NCBI GenBank assembly: GCA_029881675.1
Contig: JAOUMD010000001.1
Span: forward strand, 2,930 to 66,929
Length of the DNA: 64,000 nt
Source: Minisyncoccota bacterium
GTDB lineage: Bacteria; Patescibacteriota; Microgenomatia; UBA1400; PJMF01
Direction: 5' to 3'
Each line of letters begins with the position of its first letter. The first letter of the stretch is position 1. A program made the position numbers and the translations under genes. This document shows positions 53,414 through 63,391 of the stretch, one piece after another. The notes under the pieces are model-generated. The model saw only the letters and a list, made by a program, of their open reading frames with translations. It did no database searches and had not been told where the DNA came from.

Positions 53414-55111
53414 GTGAAAAAACATCTCAATAAATGGATTCCTTTTCTTATCATTATCTTTGTAGCTACTGCATTACGTTTTTACCAATTAGGTAATGTT
53501 CCAATAGAACTTAACAGGGATGAAGCTTCACTTGGCTATACAGCCTATTCTTTATTACAAACAGGTAAAGAAGAACACGGTCAGTCCTGGCCAATTAATA
53601 TAGAGTCATTTGGCGACTGGAAACTTCCAGCCTATGTCTATACTCTTATCCCTTTTATCAAAATATTTGGTCTTAAAGCTTGGGTTGTAAAACTACCAAG
53701 TGCTTTAGCCGGTATAGGAATAGTTATCCTAAGTGCTGTAATTACTTGGTTACTAACAAGTAGTTGGAAAGATCAGAATAAAAGAATTACTTTAAGCACA
53801 CTTGTCGCTTTCATGATCACTATCTCTCCTTGGAATATTCATATGTCCCATATGGCTTATGAGGCAAACTTAGGAATGTTATTCTTAATGACTGGGGTAG
53901 CTCTTTTACTGACTGCTTTGCAAAACAAATCCAAGAGAGTCTTGTTAATTCCTAGTGCTTTTTTCTTTGGTCTTACCTTCTTTAGTTACCATTCCTACCA
54001 GGTCTTCATGCCACTCTTAGTCTTATCTTTTCTATCTATCTACTGGAAAAAAGCCAAAAATATTTTTGAAACAGAAAAGAAAATTAGTTATATCTCTATA
54101 GCAATTGGAGCCTTATTTACTATTGCATTAATTGCTACTTCTCTTAGTGCTAATCAAACAAAACTATCTGGCCTTTCTATCTTCGATAAGAGCTCTTACT
54201 CAGTAGTAATGGAAGAAAATAGGGGATACTTTGAGAATAGAAATAGTTTACTAGCAAAGCTTCACTCCAATAACTTCTACTTTATCTTCAATCAAGCTCA
54301 AAGAAACATAGCTGATATATTTTCTAGTAAGTTCCTTTTCTTTGAAGGTGGCTCACATGGTTCTCACGATATTCCTGGGACAGGTAAGATGCATCCTGTT
54401 GCTTTTATTTTCTTAATCATTGCAGGATATAAATTCCTAACTATTTGGCAAGAAAAGAAATTGGAGAAGTGGCACAAAGTTATTATGGCTTGGCTTCTTG
54501 TTTCTATAGTTGCACCTTTCATTACCTTTGAAGCTGCTCATACCATTAGATTCTCACCAGCTTTATTCTCTTTAGAATTCCTTAGTGCTTATGGTTTATT
54601 TATCTTATTAGAAAAAGCCTTGAAAGATAATAAATATAAAATAATAGCAGGACTAACTATATTTATTCTTCTTTATTCTTTTGTTTATTTCTTTGCTACC
54701 TATTTCTTTGTTGCTCCAAAAAGAGACATAGATAAACATAATTGGCAGATAGAAAGGTTAGTAGAACTGGTAAATGATAGGGGAGATAGATATGATCTTA
54801 TCTCAATGCCAGGTACTGAGTGGTCACCATACATTTACTTCTTACTTTTTAATCAGACTGATCCAAATAGCCTAAGTAAAGATTTAGAATTTTATGATCC
54901 AGACCATGAAGGCTTCAGGCACGTAAAAAGACTCGGTAACATTCACTTTAGTTTAATTGACTGGAATGATCAGTCAGGCAAGAGTGTACTATATGTCATA
55001 AAGAGTAAAGAAGTTCCTGGAGATAAACTGGAATCAGAGAAATATCGATTAGAATATTCTTTAACTAATCCATATGCAAAGCATGAATGGTTATTACTTG
55101 GTAGAAAATAA
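53414..55111 (+). CDS. GT-C family membrane glycosyltransferase (GT39/PMT_2, ArnT-like), paralog 1
   Basis: About 10 TM helices. N-terminal loop 'RDEASLGYTAYSLLQTGKEEHGQSWPINIESFGDWKLPAYVYTLIPFIKIFGL...KLPSALAGIG' carries the D-E motif. Large C-terminal soluble domain. Confidence 0.7.
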   Translation: MKKHLNKWIPFLIIIFVATALRFYQLGNVPIELNRDEASLGYTAYSLLQTGKEEHGQSWPINIESFGDWKLPAYVYTLIPFIKIFGLKAWVVKLPSALAGIGIVILSAVITWLLTSSWKDQNKRITLSTLVAFMITISPWNIHMSHMAYEANLGMLFLMTGVALLLTALQNKSKRVLLIPSAFFFGLTFFSYHSYQVFMPLLVLSFLSIYWKKAKNIFETEKKISYISIAIGALFTIALIATSLSANQTKLSGLSIFDKSSYSVVMEENRGYFENRNSLLAKLHSNNFYFIFNQAQRNIADIFSSKFLFFEGGSHGSHDIPGTGKMHPVAFIFLIIAGYKFLTIWQEKKLEKWHKVIMAWLLVSIVAPFITFEAAHTIRFSPALFSLEFLSAYGLFILLEKALKDNKYKIIAGLTIFILLYSFVYFFATYFFVAPKRDIDKHNWQIERLVELVNDRGDRYDLISMPGTEWSPYIYFLLFNQTDPNSLSKDLEFYDPDHEGFRHVKRLGNIHFSLIDWNDQSGKSVLYVIKSKEVPGDKLESEKYRLEYSLTNPYAKHEWLLLGRK

Positions 55112-55130
55112 TAAATAAGTTTAAATATAA

Positions 55131-56903
55131 ATGAAAAAACATATCGGAAAAATAATCTTTAGCTTAATTATTATTCTTGCTGTTTTTCTTAGAGTTTATA
55201 AAGTCGATACATTATTATCACCGTACTGGGAAGAAGTTGCTCTTGGATATGATGCATACTCCATTAGTGAAACCATGCGTGATCATCATGGTAACTTCAT
55301 GCCTCTTGTGGCCTTTGAATCATTTGGTGACTGGAAACCTTCCTTTTACTTCTACACCATTGTGCCATTTATAAAATTGATTGGTCTTAATGTATTAGCA
55401 GTTAGACTGCCAAGTATTCTAACAGGGTTAGGCATAGTTCTTGGTGTTTATGTTTTACTAAGACAAATCTTACCTAATAATTTATTGAGTAAAAAACCTT
55501 ATCTCCCATTACTAGGAATGTTTGTCACAGCTATATCTCCATGGGCAATTATGTTCTCACGGGCTGGTTGGGAAGTTAACTTAGCTACAGAACTTATTTT
55601 ATGGGGAATAATTTGTTTTATTAGTTTTATTAAGCAAACAAAAAACATAAGAATAAAAAATACCTCATTATTCTTTTCTGTTCTCTTCCTATCTCTGTCT
55701 ATGTACACATACCATGCTACTAGAGTGATTGCACCACTACTGGGAGTAATTTTAATTTGTCTTTGGTATGCACAAACAGATCATTCAAAAAGACTTGCTC
55801 AAAGTATAAGAAAGTTTGTAGTAAACAATGTTTATACTATTATTGCCGCTGTCTTATTAACAATACTTTTAACTGGACCATTGATAATCAGTCTCAATGA
55901 TAAATCTACCTCACAAAGATTTGCAGAAACTAGTATCTTCTCTGAACTTAGTATCATTGAAGAGAGCAATTCTGCTTTATTAACTCAGCCGAATATTATT
56001 GGTAAAGTTTTCTACCATCGTTATCTACTTTTTGGTAGAGAAATGTTAACCAATTATTTAGATCACTTTACATTAGATTTCCTCTTCCTGAGTGGTGACG
56101 CCAATCCTAGGCACTCTGTCCAATATTTTGGACAACTCTATCATATTGAATTGGTCTTTTTATTATTGGGTTTTTATTTTGTTTTTTCATCTCTTAGAAA
56201 AATTAAAAATGATCCATATGGTGATAAATTTAAAAACTATCTTTGGTTACTGATTGCCTGGCTTGCTATCACTATCATTCCCGCTAGTATGACAAAGACT
56301 ACACCACATGCTTTACGTATTCTGCCCGCATTACCCGTTTTTATTGTTTTTATCACATTAGGAATAGGTCAATTTATTGATGAAGTCATCAATTTATTAA
56401 ATAAAATAAATATAAAACACAAGTATTTACCAAAGCTTATTCTTAAACTTGTAATTGTATTTTATATTTTAGAACTCTCTGTATTCTGGAGATTCTATAC
56501 CCTAATTTATCCAGTCCAATATGCTAGTGAATGGCAAGCTGGTTATGCTCAGATGGTAGCTGGAATTAACGATAAGATTGGTTTAGAAACTCCAATTTAT
56601 ATAACTAGACAACAGGGAAGACCAGCCATGTATGTTTGGTTTTTTAGCAAAACAGACCCAAATCTAGTTCAAGAATGGGACAGTATAGCAAAACAAGACC
56701 AAGGTGAATATTTAGAGTTTCAAAACATCAAATTTGTTAACTCATTAAATGAAATTACAAATACTCCTGCCACTATAATTGGATCGCAAGCAGAAATTGA
56801 AATCATTTCTAACACAGAGGATGGAAAGAATAATCTAACTATTACTCATAGTATTAATAATATTGATAATAAAAATGTCTGGCAAATTGGAGAACTCCAA
56901 TGA
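55131..56903 (+). CDS. GT-C (GT39/PMT-like) glycosyltransferase, paralog 2
   Basis: 'WEEVALGYDAYSISETMRDHHGNFMPLVAFESFGDWKPSFYFYTIVPFIKLIGL...RLPSILTGLG' has the same architecture as paralog 1. Confidence 0.7.
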   Translation: MKKHIGKIIFSLIIILAVFLRVYKVDTLLSPYWEEVALGYDAYSISETMRDHHGNFMPLVAFESFGDWKPSFYFYTIVPFIKLIGLNVLAVRLPSILTGLGIVLGVYVLLRQILPNNLLSKKPYLPLLGMFVTAISPWAIMFSRAGWEVNLATELILWGIICFISFIKQTKNIRIKNTSLFFSVLFLSLSMYTYHATRVIAPLLGVILICLWYAQTDHSKRLAQSIRKFVVNNVYTIIAAVLLTILLTGPLIISLNDKSTSQRFAETSIFSELSIIEESNSALLTQPNIIGKVFYHRYLLFGREMLTNYLDHFTLDFLFLSGDANPRHSVQYFGQLYHIELVFLLLGFYFVFSSLRKIKNDPYGDKFKNYLWLLIAWLAITIIPASMTKTTPHALRILPALPVFIVFITLGIGQFIDEVINLLNKINIKHKYLPKLILKLVIVFYILELSVFWRFYTLIYPVQYASEWQAGYAQMVAGINDKIGLETPIYITRQQGRPAMYVWFFSKTDPNLVQEWDSIAKQDQGEYLEFQNIKFVNSLNEITNTPATIIGSQAEIEIISNTEDGKNNLTITHSINNIDNKNVWQIGELQ

Positions 56904-58699
56904 GAAAATTCCTACCATTAATTTTCATTATCTTAATTGGGCTACTTGTTAGAACTTTCAGAATAGAACACGCCCCCAGCAGATTAACTCATGATGAAAT
57001 GAGCATTGGCTATAATGCTTATTCTATTGCCCAAACTGGGTTAGATGAATGGGGTAGGAAACTCCCCTTAAGTTTTGAAGCTTTTGGCGATTATAAGCTA
57101 CCTGGATATATTTATAGCGTTGTACCTTTTATATCTTTAATTGGCTTAAATACAATATCTCTAAAGCTTCCCTCGATCATTGCTGGAATATTTATCATAA
57201 TATTTTCTTACTTTATTACATTAAAGATAACAAATAACCAACAAACTAGTTTGTTTACGGCTGCTTTAATTGCACTTAGTCCTTGGCCAATTCACATCTC
57301 TAGAATGGCTTTAGAATCAAACCTGGCATTAGCTTTTTATAGTGGGGGATTATTTTTTTCATTAAGTATTTTTGATAAAGACTTAAAAAATGAAACTAAG
57401 ACAAAAAAAGAAATAATCAATAAAAAGAGTCTTACAATTAAATTACTGCTATCGGGATTATTATTTGCTCTCTCTTCATATACTTATGTTGCCTTTAGAT
57501 TAATTACTGTCTTAACGCTATTCTCTTTATCTATAATAAATATTAAGAAGAAAAAGCAACTAAAAAAATCATTTTTAATTTGGCTGTCATTCCTAGTTAT
57601 ATTAATTCCTCTTGTACCACAGCTTTTAGGAAGATCTGGTTCTGCCCGTTTTTCTCAAGTCTCTATTTTTTCTGATCAGGGTATTGAAGCCAAGGTAACA
57701 GAGCAAAGAAACTTTTGTTTCTTACAGCAACAATCAGGATTACCAAAATTATGCAAAGTTTTATATAACAAATACTTTTATATTGGAGAAAAGATAAGTA
57801 AAAACTATTTAAGTTTCATTCTACCGACATTCATATTTTTAGATGGAGATAAATTAGAATATTTAAATAACCCAGACTTTGGACAGTTTTCAATTATCCT
57901 TATTCCTTTTTACTTGATTGGTTTATACCAATTAGTTCAAAATAATAAGGAAAAATATGGCGATAAAACTAAAATTATCTATCTTTTGCTTGCATTCTTA
58001 TTTACCCCATTATCTTCAGCTTTAGTCGGAGATCCTCAGATAGTCAGAGGTAGTGGCTTGCTCCTCTTCATAGCCATATTTAGTGCGATTGGATTAACTT
58101 ATATATCAAGCTTAATTAAAAATAAAAATCTACAAAAAATTTCTTTGGCAGTAATTTCTCTTATTTTCTTATTCAACTTCAGCCAATACTTTATTAGCTA
58201 TAACTACATTTATGCGGCACAGTATGAAAATTATATCTACCAATTAGATCAAAGAACAGTTTCTCATTTAAATGAAGTAGAAAATAATTTTGACAAAATT
58301 TATATCTCAAATCATTTTCCCGATGCTCATATTTTATTAGCTTTTTATAACAAAATTGACCCAGCGTATTATCAAGCAAACATTATTAGACCAATAGCTG
58401 ATGGATTTGGTTTTGCCCATCCTAGTAACTTAGGAAAGTATCATTTCGGTGATCAAAAGTTAATTGAACAACTTTGCTTAACTGATAATTCTCTTTATCT
58501 TTCATTCAATGATGAGTTACCTGCAGGGTGGAAAATTGAAGAGAATGAAGCTAATAATTATGTATATGAAATAAAAGGTTTTTCAGGAGTTCATACCCAA
58601 GTTAAGTTCTTCGATTTAAAAAGGATTAAAGAATACTTAATAGTAAATAATTTATTAGAAAATACTTGTAAAAACTATACCAAATTATTAATAATTTAA
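56900..58699 (+). CDS. GT-C (GT39/PMT-like) glycosyltransferase, paralog 3
   Basis: 'HDEMSIGYNAYSIAQTGLDEWGRKLPLSFEAFGDYKLPGYIYSVVPFISLIGL...KLPSIIAGIF'. 4-nt overlap with paralog 2. Confidence 0.7.
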   Translation: MRKFLPLIFIILIGLLVRTFRIEHAPSRLTHDEMSIGYNAYSIAQTGLDEWGRKLPLSFEAFGDYKLPGYIYSVVPFISLIGLNTISLKLPSIIAGIFIIIFSYFITLKITNNQQTSLFTAALIALSPWPIHISRMALESNLALAFYSGGLFFSLSIFDKDLKNETKTKKEIINKKSLTIKLLLSGLLFALSSYTYVAFRLITVLTLFSLSIINIKKKKQLKKSFLIWLSFLVILIPLVPQLLGRSGSARFSQVSIFSDQGIEAKVTEQRNFCFLQQQSGLPKLCKVLYNKYFYIGEKISKNYLSFILPTFIFLDGDKLEYLNNPDFGQFSIILIPFYLIGLYQLVQNNKEKYGDKTKIIYLLLAFLFTPLSSALVGDPQIVRGSGLLLFIAIFSAIGLTYISSLIKNKNLQKISLAVISLIFLFNFSQYFISYNYIYAAQYENYIYQLDQRTVSHLNEVENNFDKIYISNHFPDAHILLAFYNKIDPAYYQANIIRPIADGFGFAHPSNLGKYHFGDQKLIEQLCLTDNSLYLSFNDELPAGWKIEENEANNYVYEIKGFSGVHTQVKFFDLKRIKEYLIVNNLLENTCKNYTKLLII

Positions 58700-58704
58700 T
58701 CAAA

Positions 58705-60108
58705 TCAAATCAAATCAGCACACCACTGATTCCTAAACCCTGCATCCATTTCCCAATATCGAGTGAAATCAAAAACAATAATCACGTAGATATTAACCAA
58801 TATTAATAAAAACAGAAGTGACCACATTAATATTTTAAGCTGTTTATCTTTTATCTTAAATCCAATCAACTTAAGACCATATGGAACAAACCCTAGTCCC
58901 ATCACACCTCTCATAACCAATGAAGGGACTTCGTGATACCAATGCCCATGAACTCCAGCAACTCTAAATAAAGGAAGCGTAACAAGCCAAAAAATACCAA
59001 ACATTAAATAATTATATTTCTTGAAAATTCTTTTTATATTATCTACAATTGCGACAACAAAAAGAGGATAAAGCATATAGTCATACCAACCGTGATAAGT
59101 ATTTTCTCCACTAGTGGCAAGGATAAAAAGCAGATTAAAAATTACAAAAATATTTAAGGCCAAAAATGTTTTCTTATTCTTATATAGAGAAATAACACTA
59201 GCAACCAGACCTAGTAGAATCCATCCATCAAAAAATATCTTTTCAATTACACCAGGATGTAAAAAGAACCTATTATGTAGTGTTGCCCAACCAATTGGTC
59301 GATTTGATTGTCCTAAAAATACATCAAGAAATAATCCCCAATTAAAATATGCTCCCCATAAAGAAAATAAAATTAAGCCACCAATTAAACCCCATAAACC
59401 TGCCATACTAATTTTCTTATCTTTGATAGACATGCCATATACAAAAATTGAAATAGGGATAATAAGGCCTGAGACTTTTGTCAAAACAGCTAATACACCT
59501 ACCAATAACAAGGCGACATATTTGAACCTCCATTTATCAGGTCTAAGTAAAATTAATGCCAATAAGGTCCAAGTAACTAATAAATTTTCTGCCACAACTA
59601 AACGACTTGCAAAAACAAAAGAAGGAACGGTAGCATAGATTAAACTTGTTAAATAAACCCATTTCTTTTTCTTAAAATATTTACTTGAAAGAATAAATAT
59701 CAAAACTACATTTAAAGTTCCAATTAATATCATCGGAAAACGAATCAATTTTATAGATGGAGTACTTTGCCAGTTGTTTTTTAAGGTATGAGCAAATCCT
59801 GGAATTAAAGCAAAGAGGGGAGGATGATCCAAAGCAGGTCTTACAAATGGAGCTTCATCACCACGTTGTTGAAATATATAGTTATCTAAGTATGGTCTAA
59901 AATACGACCAGCTAGTAGGCTGTCCTTCTTGGATAAGACTAGAACCAAGATACGTCCAGGCACTCTCATCAGCTGTCTCTCCACCAATTGGAAAACTAGT
60001 ATAGTTATAAAACCTCAAAAAAAGTGCGAGGACAATAATCGCACTAAAAATAAATAGGTTCTTATTTAAAAACTTCACATTCTTAGTATAACGCACATTT
60101 CGTAACAA
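58705..60108 (-). CDS. GT-C (GT39/PMT_2, ArnT-like) glycosyltransferase, inverted member of the array. Start uncertain: the ORF-track start is a TTG, and GTG candidates lie at 60096 and 60078.
   Basis: 'GGETADESAWTYLGSSLIQEG' and 'ALDHPPLFALI' (PMT_2 H-P-P-L motif), multi-TM. The N-terminus 'KFLNKNLFIFSAIIVLALFLRFYNY' resembles the other paralogs' starts. Confidence 0.65.
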   Translation of the reverse strand: MLRNVRYTKNVKFLNKNLFIFSAIIVLALFLRFYNYTSFPIGGETADESAWTYLGSSLIQEGQPTSWSYFRPYLDNYIFQQRGDEAPFVRPALDHPPLFALIPGFAHTLKNNWQSTPSIKLIRFPMILIGTLNVVLIFILSSKYFKKKKWVYLTSLIYATVPSFVFASRLVVAENLLVTWTLLALILLRPDKWRFKYVALLLVGVLAVLTKVSGLIIPISIFVYGMSIKDKKISMAGLWGLIGGLILFSLWGAYFNWGLFLDVFLGQSNRPIGWATLHNRFFLHPGVIEKIFFDGWILLGLVASVISLYKNKKTFLALNIFVIFNLLFILATSGENTYHGWYDYMLYPLFVVAIVDNIKRIFKKYNYLMFGIFWLVTLPLFRVAGVHGHWYHEVPSLVMRGVMGLGFVPYGLKLIGFKIKDKQLKILMWSLLFLLILVNIYVIIVFDFTRYWEMDAGFRNQWCADLI

Positions 60109-60135
60109 GTCAGATTGTTATATGATAAAGCAAGT

Positions 60136-61869
60136 ATGACCGAGAAACTTTTTATTAAATTTTTCCTTCTAATTGTAATAGTGGCTGCATTTATTAGGTT
60201 TACTGGCTTAGGTCAGATCCCTGTCTCCCTTTATTGGGATGAAGCAGCCATGCTTGTTGATGCTAAGACTGTAGCTGCTACTGGACAGGATATGCACGGT
60301 AACCCTTGGTATCAGCTCATGTACCCTTCATATGGAGACTACAAACTACCAATCTATATCTGGCTTGCTAGTTTCTCTGTCAAGTTATTTGGATTGAGTG
60401 AATGGTCTCTCAGACTTCCGAGTGCAATTGCTGGAATTGGAACAGTCATCACTTCAGGATTAATTGCCAGATTCCTATTCAAAAATTCAAAAAGAACTGA
60501 TCCAAAATTAATTCAATTAATGACCATGGCTGTAGTTACCTTTTCACCCTGGAGTATTATGTTTTCCAGGACTGCCTTCGAAGGACACTTAGCCCAATTC
60601 TTAGTTAGTTTAAGTATTCTTATATTAATGTGGATTCACTCCACAGTAACTCCATCACTCTTATTTGGGAAGGAGACTCCACAAACTATAATAAAACTAT
60701 CAATAGCTGCTTTATTTGGAGTAGTAGCAACTTATACATATTTTTCTGTAAGATTTGTTTGGCCAGTAGTATTCATAGCAATTCAACTATTCTATGCATT
60801 AAAATTTTTTACAAGCAAAACTAAAACTTTTGCCGTAGTTAAAAATATTATCCTCAGCTCTGCAATTCCCTTAATACTCTTCTTCTTGCTTTTAATTCCC
60901 ATGGTAAAGTCACCGCTTTATCAAGAAAGTAATACATTTAGATACTCAACCTCTTCTGTACTTAATAGCTTTGACTATCCTGTTATCTCCAATGGACTGA
61001 GAGAGTTAGCAGGAAATAATACTATTGATCGTTTTTTCTTTCATAGACATTTACTCTTAATTAAAGAGCTTGCCATTAACTACTCTGACCATCTCAGCTT
61101 AAATTACTTATTTATTAATGGCGACTCTAACTTAAGACATGGCACTACTACTCATGGTCTTTTCTTAGTTATCCTTCTGCCAATCTTTATTTATGGATTA
61201 TTTAAATTATTTTTAAATAATAAGAGAGTTTTAACCGTCTTAATTATTTGGTGGATAATTGCTTTGTTACCTGCCTCTGCACCAGAGACTACCCCGCATG
61301 CACTTAGATCACTAAATGGACTTATTCCATTAAGCATTATTATTGGTTTTGGTTTAACCCAATTTATTAACTTTAGTTTAATCAGATCAAAAAAAATAAA
61401 ATTCAAAGTAATATTATTTAGTTTTACACTTTTAACTATCTTTAATATCGGACACTTCCTTAACCACTACTTTTACCACTATCCTAGCCAATCTGCTCAT
61501 GACTGGCAGGATGGTTACAAAGAATTAGCTCTAACAATTGATCAAGTCAAAGATGATGTTACCACTGTCTGGGTGGAGCCATTTGAAGGTAGATTTTACT
61601 TGTGGCTATTAGCCTTTGGTGATTACTCAGCGACTCAAATTCAAGAAATGGATAAGCCAAACTACCAAATCAGTGAAATAGAAAACATAAAAATAGCTCC
61701 TTATGATTGGACTAGATTAAAAACAAATAGCTACAAGATTATTATTGTTGGCGAGACAACTAATATAAATAACAAGCTATCAGAAATAGAAACAAAGCCA
61801 AACTGGATTAAAGAAATTTACAGTCATGATGGAATATCTAGATTTAGCGTAGTGGAATTTGGAGAATGA
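60136..61869 (+). CDS. GT-C (GT39/PMT-like) glycosyltransferase, paralog 5. Start moved to the ATG at 60136, since the ORF-track start at 60115 is a TTG only 6 nt from the divergent gene.
   Basis: 'WDEAAMLVDAKTVAATGQDMHGNPWYQLMYPSYGDYKLPIYIWLASFSVKLFGL...RLPSAIAGIG'. Confidence 0.65.
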   Translation: MTEKLFIKFFLLIVIVAAFIRFTGLGQIPVSLYWDEAAMLVDAKTVAATGQDMHGNPWYQLMYPSYGDYKLPIYIWLASFSVKLFGLSEWSLRLPSAIAGIGTVITSGLIARFLFKNSKRTDPKLIQLMTMAVVTFSPWSIMFSRTAFEGHLAQFLVSLSILILMWIHSTVTPSLLFGKETPQTIIKLSIAALFGVVATYTYFSVRFVWPVVFIAIQLFYALKFFTSKTKTFAVVKNIILSSAIPLILFFLLLIPMVKSPLYQESNTFRYSTSSVLNSFDYPVISNGLRELAGNNTIDRFFFHRHLLLIKELAINYSDHLSLNYLFINGDSNLRHGTTTHGLFLVILLPIFIYGLFKLFLNNKRVLTVLIIWWIIALLPASAPETTPHALRSLNGLIPLSIIIGFGLTQFINFSLIRSKKIKFKVILFSFTLLTIFNIGHFLNHYFYHYPSQSAHDWQDGYKELALTIDQVKDDVTTVWVEPFEGRFYLWLLAFGDYSATQIQEMDKPNYQISEIENIKIAPYDWTRLKTNSYKIIIVGETTNINNKLSEIETKPNWIKEIYSHDGISRFSVVEFGE

Positions 61870-63389
61870 AAAAAAATCATAAATTAATACTAGCATTCAT
61901 TATCTTTATTGGTTTTTTGATTCGCATTTTTAATCTTTCTTCATTACCACTAATCCTAAATAGGGATGAGGCCGCTCTTGCTTATAATGGCCTGTTAATT
62001 AGTCAAAGCGCCAAAGATGAATTTGCAAAAAGTTGGCCTTTAACACTAGAGTCATTTGGTGACTATAAACTTCCGGGATATCCCTATACTTTAGCGATAC
62101 TATTTAAAATTTTGCCTATCAATGATTTTACGGTCAGACTACCATCTGTCTTAGCTGGAACATTATTAATCTTTATCAGTTATTTCTTAGCTCGAAACTT
62201 TAAATTTTCAATAAAGCAATCTTTATTCTTCTCCTTTTTGATTGCCCTTGGCCCAATTTTTATCTTTTACTCTCGGATAGCTTTTGAAGCTAATGTTGCT
62301 CTAACTCTATTTGTAATATCAATAACATTATTAACTTTACCTAAAAGTAATTTAAAAACTGATCTATGGGCTGGAGTGATTACTTTTATTGCCATTCTCT
62401 TTTACAACACACCATTATTGTTGTTACCTTTTATTATCCTTGCCTTAATAATATCCAGAGGAATTAAAAAACCTCAGAATTGGTTGCCTGTAGCAAGTTT
62501 ACTAACTTTTATTTTTATTATTATGTTTATGGGTCTGGCTGGGATCTCTTCACAAAAAAGTGGCATTACAATTTTTAGTGATGAAACTATTTGGACAGAG
62601 TCAGTTACTCATTACAATAGCTACACAGGAATATCACAAAAGATTCTGGGAAATAAAATTGTCTTTTATATTACAAAGATATGGCCTAGATTCTTTGAAA
62701 GTTTTTCCATGCATTTTTTAGTTACTGGGGGAGGAACTCATCCCTGGCACAACTTACCAACTCATGCCCATCTTTATTACACTACTTATTTCCTTGGGCT
62801 AGTTGGATTACTCTTACTAATTTTCAAGTCAATGAGAGATAAGAAACATCTCTTTATCTTGTTAATCTTAATTAGTTCTCTTGCTCCAAGTGTTATCACA
62901 GTAGATTCTCCACATGCGACTAGAAGTTTATTATTCATCTACCTGCTCACTTTTACAGGTCTGTATTCTTTGACAATAATCAGAAAAAAATATTTCAAAA
63001 AAATACTTTCACTATTAGTGTTATTGGTAATTCTAGAATCAAGTCGGTACATGTATCTATATTTTGGAAAGTATCCAGCCACACAACCTTCCTCACTAAA
63101 AATTGGTTATCCAGAATTAATAAATGAAGTTAACAAAAACCATTCTGATAAAAATATTGCTGTTATTGATGAAGCTGGCTTTCAATATATTTTAACTGCC
63201 TGGTACTTAAAAATACCATCAGATGAATTCTTCTCAACAATAATCAAACAATTACCAGATAGAATTGGATTTAAATATGGTCAGCAATTATCTAACTACC
63301 ACTTTATCGCACATCCTGATGATAGGGACGAAGCTGAGACTGTTCTGGTAGAATGGATAGATAACAGATGGCAAGTACGCCAATTCTAA
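61866..63389 (+). CDS. GT-C (GT39/PMT-like) glycosyltransferase, paralog 6
   Basis: 'RDEAALAYNGLLISQSAKDEFAKSWPLTLESFGDYKLPGYPYTLAILFKIL...RLPSVLAGTL'. 4-nt overlap with paralog 5. Confidence 0.7.
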   Translation: MKKNHKLILAFIIFIGFLIRIFNLSSLPLILNRDEAALAYNGLLISQSAKDEFAKSWPLTLESFGDYKLPGYPYTLAILFKILPINDFTVRLPSVLAGTLLIFISYFLARNFKFSIKQSLFFSFLIALGPIFIFYSRIAFEANVALTLFVISITLLTLPKSNLKTDLWAGVITFIAILFYNTPLLLLPFIILALIISRGIKKPQNWLPVASLLTFIFIIMFMGLAGISSQKSGITIFSDETIWTESVTHYNSYTGISQKILGNKIVFYITKIWPRFFESFSMHFLVTGGGTHPWHNLPTHAHLYYTTYFLGLVGLLLLIFKSMRDKKHLFILLILISSLAPSVITVDSPHATRSLLFIYLLTFTGLYSLTIIRKKYFKKILSLLVLLVILESSRYMYLYFGKYPATQPSSLKIGYPELINEVNKNHSDKNIAVIDEAGFQYILTAWYLKIPSDEFFSTIIKQLPDRIGFKYGQQLSNYHFIAHPDDRDEAETVLVEWIDNRWQVRQF

Positions 63390-63391
63390 TT

